Positions 39,807 through 47,748 of a stretch of 64,000 bases of DNA are shown here, in pieces. Each line of letters begins with the position of its first letter. Position 1 is the stretch's first letter. The DNA is from an uncultured Gemmatimonadales bacterium (GTDB lineage Bacteria > Gemmatimonadota > Gemmatimonadetes > Gemmatimonadales > GWC2-71-9). Both the position numbers and the translations under genes were made by a program. The notes below the pieces were generated by a model, which made no database searches, was not told the DNA's origin, and saw only the letters and a list, made by a program, of their open reading frames with translations. The stretch is taken from contig CAWKBO010000001.1 in NCBI GenBank assembly GCA_963847895.1, positions 813,266-877,265 on the forward strand, written 5' to 3'.

Positions 39807-40811
39807 TCAGCCGCCACCCGGCAACCCGGCCTGCCCGAGCAGCCAGTCGGTCACCCGGTCGATTGCCTGGTCGGCTCCGATCGCCGGAGTTCCGCCACCG
39901 AGCCGGTCCGGGACCGTGAATGGAGTCCGCGCCATGTCGGCGAGCAGCCGGAGGTCCTCCGCCATCTGCCAGGCACTCGTGCCGCCGAGGCCGCGCGACG
40001 GTGCCTCGGGCATGTGGCCGACCACGATCCGCTGCCACGGCTCGTTGCCGCGGCGCGGATCGTGGCTGAACGTGGCGCACCCCTCGGGGACCATGGCGAC
40101 GATCGCCGGGCCCTCGAACGCGGCGACCTGATCCAGCCCGCTGCCGTCGCTGCTCTGGACCACCAGCGTCCCGGGGGTGATGCAACGCACCAGGGGCGCG
40201 GGGGCCGAAGGACCGCGCACCACAAGCAGCAGCTTGGCGCGCCCGTCGGCGAAGTCGGTGAGTGCCCCCGAATGCAGATCCGCACCGTCGAGCAGCACGA
40301 TCAGCGGCGGGGCGAAGCGGCGTTCCACCCGGTTCCACTCGAGAAACGCGATGGGGTCGAGGAGTCGGTCGTGCTGGGCGGGCCGATAGGCCCCGGCCCG
40401 CACCAGTTCGGCCAGGACGATCGCCCCGAACGCCCGACCGGCCTCGCGCAATGCGGCGTCGATCGTCGCACCGAGCTTGCGACCGTCGCTCACCTCGGCG
40501 ATGAAGAGCTGCTCTCCCCGAACCGCCACGTCACGGAGCACCTCGACGGCACGCTCGATCGCGGCGATCGACGTCGGATCACCCTTGCCGACCGGCGGGA
40601 AGAGGGCGGCGAACCCGGCAGGATCGATCCGGCCTCGCGCGAAATCCCCCAGTTCCGCGGCGGCGCGGTCGCTGCGCAACTCGTCGCTGGCGCCGTGTGC
40701 CGCGAGGAACCCGTAGGCCTGATCGAGGGCGCCCTCGACCTCGGCCCGGAACTCGGCGATCGGCCGGGCCAGCGCTTCGAGGGCCACGGCAACCCGGTCG
40801 TCAGACGGCAT
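39807..40811 (-). CDS. Hypothetical protein (334 aa) inside the kor-rnf operon
   Basis: ATG at 40811 overlaps the korB end; plausible protein composition; no recognisable motif. Confidence 0.75.
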   Translation of the reverse strand: MPSDDRVAVALEALARPIAEFRAEVEGALDQAYGFLAAHGASDELRSDRAAAELGDFARGRIDPAGFAALFPPVGKGDPTSIAAIERAVEVLRDVAVRGEQLFIAEVSDGRKLGATIDAALREAGRAFGAIVLAELVRAGAYRPAQHDRLLDPIAFLEWNRVERRFAPPLIVLLDGADLHSGALTDFADGRAKLLLVVRGPSAPAPLVRCITPGTLVVQSSDGSGLDQVAAFEGPAIVAMVPEGCATFSHDPRRGNEPWQRIVVGHMPEAPSRGLGGTSAWQMAEDLRLLADMARTPFTVPDRLGGGTPAIGADQAIDRVTDWLLGQAGLPGGG

Positions 40812-41754
40812 AGCGATCAAGCTCCTCGTCGAGCAGCACGGCACGCTCGGCTGGGGTACGGGGGGTGGTGCGGCGGGTCTCCTCATAGCGCGGCCGGGTC
40901 GGATCGCGGAAGAACAGCCCGAGGTGGATCCGGTCGTCGGCCTCGGCGTAGTGGCGTGCCGCCGCCAGGTCGCGCGGGTCGTGGTGGATCTGCGTGGTGT
41001 AGAGCTTGGTGAGCTCGGGGACGACCACCCCGTCGTCGTGCACCAGCAACGCGATCCGCGACGGGTCCTGCACCGCCGCCTGGAACACATCCGGGGTGTA
41101 GACCGGGCAGCGCTGCAGGATCCGGACGAACGAGGTGCCCTTGTGCCGATAGGCCGCACGGAGCGTGGCATAGAGGTGCGCCGGTACCCACTCGGCCGTC
41201 TGGGCCACGAACGATGCGTTGGTCACGCCGAGGGAGACCGCCAGCGGATTGAGCGGCGGAAGGAAGCTGCCGCGCGGCTGGGTATTGGTCGGCAGGCCCT
41301 GGGGGGTGGTCGGCGAGGTCTGCTTCTTGGTCAGCCCGTAGATCCCGTTGTCGAGCAGCAGTGCAGTGATATCGAGATTGTACCGGAGTGCGTGCACCCA
41401 GTGCGCTGCGCCGATCGAAGTGCAATCCCCGTCGCCCATCACGGTGAACACGTGCAATTCGGGACGATGCAACTTGACCCCGGTCGACACCGGCAACGCC
41501 CGGCCGTGAATCCCGTGGAAGCCGTAGGTGCTCAGGTAGTGCGGGAAGCGGCTGGAACAGCCGATCCCGGAGACGAACACGGTCTCCTCCGGCGCGAGCT
41601 GCTCCGCAGCCAGCAACCGCTGCACCGCCGTCAGCACCGAGTGGTCTCCGCAACCGGGGCACCACCGGGCGCGCGCGCCGCCGTACTCTCCCATCTCGTA
41701 GCGTGCATCCTCGTCGCGGCTGAGGACCTGGAGCAGCTGGCATTGCAGACTCAT
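40801..41754 (-). CDS. korB: 2-oxoacid:ferredoxin oxidoreductase beta subunit
   Basis: WCPGCGD, SGIGCSSR, HGRALP, GDGD, NGIYGLTKKQTSPT. Confidence 0.92.
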   Translation of the reverse strand: MSLQCQLLQVLSRDEDARYEMGEYGGARARWCPGCGDHSVLTAVQRLLAAEQLAPEETVFVSGIGCSSRFPHYLSTYGFHGIHGRALPVSTGVKLHRPELHVFTVMGDGDCTSIGAAHWVHALRYNLDITALLLDNGIYGLTKKQTSPTTPQGLPTNTQPRGSFLPPLNPLAVSLGVTNASFVAQTAEWVPAHLYATLRAAYRHKGTSFVRILQRCPVYTPDVFQAAVQDPSRIALLVHDDGVVVPELTKLYTTQIHHDPRDLAAARHYAEADDRIHLGLFFRDPTRPRYEETRRTTPRTPAERAVLLDEELDRYAV

Positions 41755-43652
41755 GCGGCACCTCCGGCAGTCAGCCGTTCACGGATCACCGAGGCGATCA
41801 CGCCCGGTCGCAACGGTTCGCCCGGCACGCGGGTCCAGCTGTCGACGTCCACCAGGGTGGCGGCACGCAGCAGCCACGCGAGCTGGCCGCGACGGCGATT
41901 CTCCACAGTGATGTACGGCGCATCGGGTGGATCGGAATAGTTGATCTCCACGGCGACCACCTGACCGAAGCGGCGCATGATCTCGGTGAGCCCCGGCTCC
42001 AGCGGCGAGAGAAACCGCAGGTGCATCGAGGAGACCTTGTGCCCCTCGTCGCGCAGTCGGTCCACCGCTTCCTCGATCGCCCCCTTGGTGCTGCCCCAGC
42101 CGACCACCAGCAGGTCCCCGGTCGGGTCGCCGTGCACCGGGGGCGGCGCCAGCAGCGACTGGAGCACGGCCAGCTTGCGGCTCCGCATCGTGGATGAGTG
42201 CTGATGGATGCCCGACGAATACGCCACCTTGCTGCGCTCGTCATGCGACAGGCCGGTGAGGGTGAACATCCCGCCGGGCTGGCCGGGGACGAAGCGGCGC
42301 GACAATCCGGTCTCGCCATCCCAGGCGTAGGGATGACTCCCCTCGCCGATCGGGGCGAGGTCGATCGGGGCCGCCTGCCATCGGGTGTCGACGGTCGGCC
42401 GGTCGAACAGGGTGACTCCTGTCGCGAGGTTGGCGTCCGAGAGCACCATCACCACGGTGCGGAACTGTTCGGCGATCCGCCGGGCGGTGACCATCACGTG
42501 GAAGCACTCCTCGATGGTCGCTGGGGCGATGACCACATGCGGTGCATCGCCTGGCTGTCCGAACAGCGCGGCCAGCAGATCGGACTGTTCCACCTTGGTG
42601 GGCAGGCCGGTGCTCGGGCCGCCCCGCTGGACGTCCACCACCACCAGCGGCGTCTCGGTCATGATCGCGAGGCCGAGGAACTCGGTCTTGAGCGCCAGCC
42701 CGGGTCCCGACGTGACGGTGAACGCCACCTTCCCCGCATAGGAGGCGCCGATCGCCACCCCGGCGGCGGCAATTTCGTCCTCGGCCTGGTGCACCATCCC
42801 ACCGAATCGCTCCATCACCTCGCTCAGGTAGTGGGAGACCGAGGTGGCGGGGGTGATCGGGTACATCGCGCAGAGCTCCATCCCCGCGGCGATCGCCCCC
42901 ATCCCGAGGGCTTCATTGCCGTTCATCACCACCTGGGGTCGATCCACCGGGGCCAGGGCCACGTCGACCCGCAGGTCGAGGTGCTCCTCGGCCCAGCGAT
43001 GCCCCAGTTCCAGGAGTGCCACGTTGGTGTCGTAGACCTTCTCGCTCTTCTTGCGGAAGGCAATGGCGATCTGCTCCCGGATCTTGTCCATGTCGCGACC
43101 ATAGATCGCGGCGAGGATGCCGAGCGCGAACATGTTCTTCCCCTTGCGGGGATTGTCGACCAGCGTGAGGCACTGCTCCTGCATCGGCACCGGGATGATC
43201 CGGTAGGCTCGGCTCTCGAGTTCGGCCATCCCCGCCTGCCACGCCGCCACGATCGCCGGATCGTCCGACGTGGCCCACATGTCCTCCACCAGCAGGATCG
43301 CCTCGTCGGCGAGGGCGCCGAGTCGGTGGCGCGCCAGCAGCACCTGTTCGTTGAATGCGATCACCAGGTCGGTCTGATCACCCCAGTTGGTGACCGGTCC
43401 GGTGCCGATGCGGATCCGGTTGCCACTGGCACCCTCCGGAACGCGCGGTGGCGGCTGCACCTCCGCTGGGATGATCTCCACCGTCCAGACGCCATTGCCC
43501 ATCTTGGCGGACACCGCGGCGAAGATCTGGCCGCACTTCTGCGCACCCTCGCCCGAATCGGAGACGATCTCGATCGTGTGCTCGCGCAGGTGGAGTCGGG
43601 TCGGCGCCGCGACTGGCGCGCGGGCCACGACATCGGCAGTGGCTTCGGACAT
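41751..43652 (-). CDS. korA: 2-oxoacid:ferredoxin oxidoreductase alpha (fused gamma-alpha) subunit
   Basis: DSGEGAQ, GNEAL, YPITPAT, QAEDEIAA, TSGPGLALK, QRGGPSTGLPTKVEQSD. Confidence 0.92.
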   Translation of the reverse strand: MSEATADVVARAPVAAPTRLHLREHTIEIVSDSGEGAQKCGQIFAAVSAKMGNGVWTVEIIPAEVQPPPRVPEGASGNRIRIGTGPVTNWGDQTDLVIAFNEQVLLARHRLGALADEAILLVEDMWATSDDPAIVAAWQAGMAELESRAYRIIPVPMQEQCLTLVDNPRKGKNMFALGILAAIYGRDMDKIREQIAIAFRKKSEKVYDTNVALLELGHRWAEEHLDLRVDVALAPVDRPQVVMNGNEALGMGAIAAGMELCAMYPITPATSVSHYLSEVMERFGGMVHQAEDEIAAAGVAIGASYAGKVAFTVTSGPGLALKTEFLGLAIMTETPLVVVDVQRGGPSTGLPTKVEQSDLLAALFGQPGDAPHVVIAPATIEECFHVMVTARRIAEQFRTVVMVLSDANLATGVTLFDRPTVDTRWQAAPIDLAPIGEGSHPYAWDGETGLSRRFVPGQPGGMFTLTGLSHDERSKVAYSSGIHQHSSTMRSRKLAVLQSLLAPPPVHGDPTGDLLVVGWGSTKGAIEEAVDRLRDEGHKVSSMHLRFLSPLEPGLTEIMRRFGQVVAVEINYSDPPDAPYITVENRRRGQLAWLLRAATLVDVDSWTRVPGEPLRPGVIASVIRERLTAGGAA

Positions 43653-43680
43653 GCTCACCTCGGGCCTCTGGTGTCACGGG

Positions 43681-43718
43681 AACAACAACAACGCCCCGAC
43701 CGAAATGCGGCGGGGCGT
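43681..43718 (-). terminator. Terminator/attenuator-like hairpin in the korA leader
   Basis: ACGCCCCG-CCG-cattt-CGG-t-CGGGGCGT followed by TGTTGTTGTT, about 30 nt before the korA start. Confidence 0.45.
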
Positions 43719-44235
43719 GCAAGCGGGATCGTGAGGACGGGCGCGTGGCCACGCCGGGGGTCGGGCCAGACACAGACGTGCCCTCCACGCCCGAGCAGGC
43801 GATGGGAGATCGCCATGTCGCCACTCGCGCGCGGTGCCTGGAATCGCATCTCGACATCCCTCCGGCAGGGTCGTCCGACATGGAGGACCGTGCCAACAGG
43901 GCGGAGAATACCGACTCCGCGACTCCTCGAAAAGCGCGAACGAATCGGTCCCCTTTGTCAGCGGCAAAGCCGCACGACAAGAGGGTTTGCCGACCAGCGC
44001 AGCAGCCAGCGACGGCTCGATTTCCGACTGAATCATCGGGGATTCGGAAGCGACGGCCCGGCTTCTGGTTAGCCCAATGCCGACCGGTGTGGTCCGGAAT
44101 GCGGCCGCTCGGGTGCGGACGAGAATCCGGGCGCGGGACTCGACGACGCCCTCCGATGATCGACGGCCGATCCGGGGCACGAACGTCGGAATGAACTCGC
44201 CCCGGGAGGTCGGTGCGACGTCCCGTGCAGGGTCG

Positions 44236-44520
44236 CTACTCTGCCTTCGGTAGCTCCGGGCGGTCGCGCATCTGCACCAGCAGTCGCTCGGAGAAATCGA
44301 GCCGCTCGTGCACCTGGTCCAGCTCCTCGCGCAGCTCGTTCACCTCGCTGCGCAGCGCCTCGAGCTCACCGACCCCCACGCCATCAAGCAGCCCGGCCCT
44401 GGCGCGCGTCTCGTCAAGTCGCATCCGGGCGGTCTTCTGCCAGGCGTTCGCCACGACCGCCACGATCGGGATCATGAGTGCAAGGATCGGGATGAACAGC
44501 ACCAGCGCGTGTCGGTCCAT
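44236..44520 (-). CDS. Small TM + coiled-coil hypothetical protein
   Basis: N-terminal TM (LVLFIPILALMIPIVAVV) and C-terminal ELDQVHERLDFSERLL coiled coil. Confidence 0.75.
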   Translation of the reverse strand: MDRHALVLFIPILALMIPIVAVVANAWQKTARMRLDETRARAGLLDGVGVGELEALRSEVNELREELDQVHERLDFSERLLVQMRDRPELPKAE

Positions 44521-44523
44521 GCC

Positions 44524-44757
44524 TCAGTCCTTTGGTTCGCGGAGTTCCTCGAGCGCCTCACGCGCCAGCGCGGCATCCCCGTCGGCCACGCGCAGCTCGA
44601 CCGGCCCGGTGATCGGATTGTACCCGAAGATGGTACCGAACCCGAACAGGTTCTGGACACCCTCACCCTGCACCAGGTACGGGATCCCCTCCGCCTCGAG
44701 CAGGACCTTGGCCACGGCGAGTTCGGCCAGGTCGCCGGTGGAGTAGATGGTGATCAT
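44524..44757 (-). CDS. DUF2007-like putative signal-transducing protein
   Basis: AELAVAKVLLEAEGIPYLVQGE...VELRVADGDAALAREAL; GGAGGA-type SD. Confidence 0.75.
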   Translation of the reverse strand: MITIYSTGDLAELAVAKVLLEAEGIPYLVQGEGVQNLFGFGTIFGYNPITGPVELRVADGDAALAREALEELREPKD

Positions 44758-44829
44758 CGCCGGATTCCTCCTGCCGCGGGTGACAGAACCGGGACTGGCA
44801 CCGGTCAGACCACGAGTGTAGGGTTGGGC

Positions 44830-45213
44830 ATGGCAGGTCACCGCTGGATCGCCCGCTCGCTCGCCGCCCGCGTACTGCTGAGAAGTCTAGCAGTGCTGGC
44901 GCTCGGCGCGCAGGCGTCCGCCCTCGCGGCACCGCTGCTCGATGTCTCTCCCGCCCCGAGCCAGGCCGCGATTTCGCAGGCGCAGGACTCCGGCGGCACG
45001 CTGGCCGAGTCGGGCACAACCAGGCACCAGCACAACCCGGCCACCTGCGCCGCCTGTATCGCCCAGTCAATTGTCGCGATCAGCTCCGGCCCGCCCGCCC
45101 GGGTGGCCGTGCTGCCGGCGGCCAGCGTGGTCACCCCAACCGACGCCGTGGTCCTGCTCCGCGCAGGTTCCGTCCGGATCGTCCGCTCCCGAGGCCCACC
45201 CCAGATCAGCTGA
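44830..45213 (+). CDS. DUF2946/CzcI/CruR-like upstream ORF (signal peptide, HxH, CxxC, C-terminal RGPP)
   Basis: Translation MAGHRW...LAVLALGAQASALAAP...RHQHNPATCAACIAQ...VRSRGPPQIS; directly precedes the metal efflux operon. Confidence 0.75.
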   Translation: MAGHRWIARSLAARVLLRSLAVLALGAQASALAAPLLDVSPAPSQAAISQAQDSGGTLAESGTTRHQHNPATCAACIAQSIVAISSGPPARVAVLPAASVVTPTDAVVLLRAGSVRIVRSRGPPQIS

Positions 45214-45272
45214 CCCTCGTGGCGGCCGCCCTCCCCCCCGGGCGCGCCCTGCACCAGTACCCAAGGGACAGC

Positions 45273-46616
45273 ATGCGCACCATTCTCACAGCCATTCTCC
45301 TGGCGGCGTGCACGCACGCGGCCGGGGCCCAGCAACCGGTCCAGATCGTCGGCGACACCGTCGCGGCCGCCCCACCGGGCTGCCATGTCGATGCCTACTC
45401 CAGCCGATCGGACACCCTGTGCCTGCGGCGCGATGACGCCGTGGCGAGGGCACTGACCGGGAATCCCAACCTGCGGGTCGCCGCGGCGCTCGCCTCCCAG
45501 GCCCGGGCCCGCCGCGTACAGGCGACCGCGATCCCCGATCCGCAGTTCAGCGCCGAATGGGATGAGTCCCGCGGACTCTTCGGCCGCGGTGGCGCCAGCG
45601 CCAAGGCGGTCGGCGCGAGCCTGACGATTCCCTTCCCGGACAAGTTCCGGCAACAGGGACGGATCGGGACCGCCGACGTGCGCGCCGCCGAAGCCGATTC
45701 GGCGCTGACCCGGCAGAATCTCGTGGCGCTCACCTCCGCAGCGTACGACGGCCTCCTGGCCGCCCTGCGACGGCGCGGTGACCTGATCGCCATCCGGGCC
45801 CTCGCCGAGGACTTCGTCGAACGCACCCGGGGACGGCTCGAGGCCGGGACGGCGGCGCGGCTCGACCTGCTGAAGGCACAGGTGGATGCCCGCCAGGCCG
45901 AGAACGACCTCATCGCCGCGGAACGCGACATCACCACCGCGCGCGCGTCGCTCAATCGCTTGATGGGCCGGCCCCTCGACGCCGGGGTGCTCACGGCCGA
46001 CACGCTCGCCCTGCCGCCACCACTTCCCGAGCTCCCCGTGGTGCTCGCGGCCGCGCTTCGTGACCGACCCGAGATCGCCTCCCTCGAGAGCCAGCGACTC
46101 GGAGCCCGGGCCGCCGCCACCCTCGCCAAGGAGTTCTGGCTCCCCGACCTGACCCTCGGCATCGGTCGCGACTACGCCGATCCCGGCCCCGGCGTCCTGA
46201 TGACGGGGATCTCGCTGCCACTGCCGCTCTTCTACTGGCAGCACGCCAAGGGCGAGATCGCCGAGGCCCGGTACCGCGAGCGTGAACTCGATGCCTCCGC
46301 CAGCGACCTTGTGGCCGCAATCGGCGAGGAGGTGCGCTCCATCTATGCCGCGGCAGCGGCGGCGGTCCGCCAAGCGGCGTTTCTCGGGGCAGAACTCGTC
46401 CCCGCCGCCCGGGAGGCGCACCGGATCGCAGCCGCCAGCTACGCTCTCGGCGGGTCGTCGGCACTCGAGGTGCTCGATGCTCGCCGGAGCCTGCTCGACG
46501 CCGAGCAGCAGTACACCGACGCCCTTCTCGCGGCCAATCAGTCGCGAGCCGACCTCGAACGGGCCGCGGCCACACCGCTCGCGTCGCTCGGCACTGGAGT
46601 CCCCAATGACCGCTAA
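45273..46616 (+). CDS. TolC-family outer membrane factor (CzcC-like)
   Basis: Signal peptide; helical OEP repeats (ALTGNPNL, RDRPEI, LPDLTLG, YALGGSSALEVLDARR). Confidence 0.9.
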   Translation: MRTILTAILLAACTHAAGAQQPVQIVGDTVAAAPPGCHVDAYSSRSDTLCLRRDDAVARALTGNPNLRVAAALASQARARRVQATAIPDPQFSAEWDESRGLFGRGGASAKAVGASLTIPFPDKFRQQGRIGTADVRAAEADSALTRQNLVALTSAAYDGLLAALRRRGDLIAIRALAEDFVERTRGRLEAGTAARLDLLKAQVDARQAENDLIAAERDITTARASLNRLMGRPLDAGVLTADTLALPPPLPELPVVLAAALRDRPEIASLESQRLGARAAATLAKEFWLPDLTLGIGRDYADPGPGVLMTGISLPLPLFYWQHAKGEIAEARYRERELDASASDLVAAIGEEVRSIYAAAAAAVRQAAFLGAELVPAAREAHRIAAASYALGGSSALEVLDARRSLLDAEQQYTDALLAANQSRADLERAAATPLASLGTGVPNDR

Positions 46617-47748
46617 GACCCACCGCCTGATCGCGCTGGCCGTGCTCACACTCGTCTCCAGCGGTTGTTCCAGGGAGGCCGAGCCGACCAACCCGCCCGC
46701 GGGCCCGACGAGCGACGGCGTGACGCTCGACTCGACCCAGCTCACCGCCATCGCCACCGCCCCGGCCGAGCGCACCGACTTCGCCCCCATGGTGCTCACC
46801 ACCGGCACGGTGCACTTCAACGGCGAGCGGTCGACCCAGGTGATCGCCCCGATCTCGGGACCGGTCTCGCGCCTCGTCGTGACGCTCGGCGACCGTGTCT
46901 CCGCCGGTGCGGTGCTGGCCACGGTGGCATCGGCCGACTTCGCCCAGGCCGTCGCCGACTATCGCAAGGCGAACACCGCATGGCACAACGCCAAGCGGAT
47001 CGACGACCTCAACGAGAAGCTGCTGACCACCGGCGCCCTGCCCCGCGCCGAGCGCGACCAGTCGGCGAGCGACCTGGCCGAGGCAACCGCCGATCGCGAG
47101 GCGGCGCTCTCGGCGATGCGATCGCTCGGCTTCGATGATTCGACACTGGCCGCGATTCTCACCGATGGCGGCACCGGGGCGGTAACCCCGGCGATCCGGG
47201 CGCCGATCGCCGGCACGGTGGTCGAACGGCTGATCACGCCCGGACAGCTCCTCGAGGCAGGCACCACCCCGGCGTTCACGATCGCCGATCTCGGCACGAT
47301 GTGGGTCGACGCAAACGTCTTCGGCATCGATCTCGCCAATGTCCGCAAGGGCGACCGCGCCGTCATCTCCACCGAAGCCTCGCCCGACTCCCTGCCCGGG
47401 CGGGTGGACTACGTGGGGGCGCTCGTCGACCCCGATACGCGGGCCACCGCGGTGCGCATCGTGGTGCCCGACCCGACCCACTCGCTCAAGCAGAACATGC
47501 TGGTCCGCGTGACGATCACCAGTGGCGCGCACCGCGAGGCGGTGCTGGTGCCGGTGCAGGCCGTGCTGCGCGATGACGAGAACCTCCCCTACCTCTTCAT
47601 CCGGACCGGTCCGGGCACCTTCGCCCGGCGCCGCATCACCGTCGGGGCGCGCTCCGGTGACCGCTACGAAGTGACCGACGGCCTGGCCGGAGGGGAAGAG
47701 GTGGTGGTGCGGGGCGGGCTCTATCTCGCCGAGACGGGGTCGGTATGA
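46606..47748 (+). CDS. RND periplasmic adaptor (CzcB-like)
   Basis: Lipoprotein signal (SSGC), APISGPV, IRAPIAGTV, VDPDTRA. Confidence 0.9.
   Translation: MTAKTHRLIALAVLTLVSSGCSREAEPTNPPAGPTSDGVTLDSTQLTAIATAPAERTDFAPMVLTTGTVHFNGERSTQVIAPISGPVSRLVVTLGDRVSAGAVLATVASADFAQAVADYRKANTAWHNAKRIDDLNEKLLTTGALPRAERDQSASDLAEATADREAALSAMRSLGFDDSTLAAILTDGGTGAVTPAIRAPIAGTVVERLITPGQLLEAGTTPAFTIADLGTMWVDANVFGIDLANVRKGDRAVISTEASPDSLPGRVDYVGALVDPDTRATAVRIVVPDPTHSLKQNMLVRVTITSGAHREAVLVPVQAVLRDDENLPYLFIRTGPGTFARRRITVGARSGDRYEVTDGLAGGEEVVVRGGLYLAETGSV

Noticed and set aside
43660..44235. Rex/FNR box or TPP/FMN riboswitch upstream of the kor-rnf operon
   Set aside because: No TTGTGAA-N4-TTCACAA, TTGAT-N4-ATCAA or riboswitch core was found; the CTTTG-N7-CAAAG dyad has the wrong spacing for FNR.
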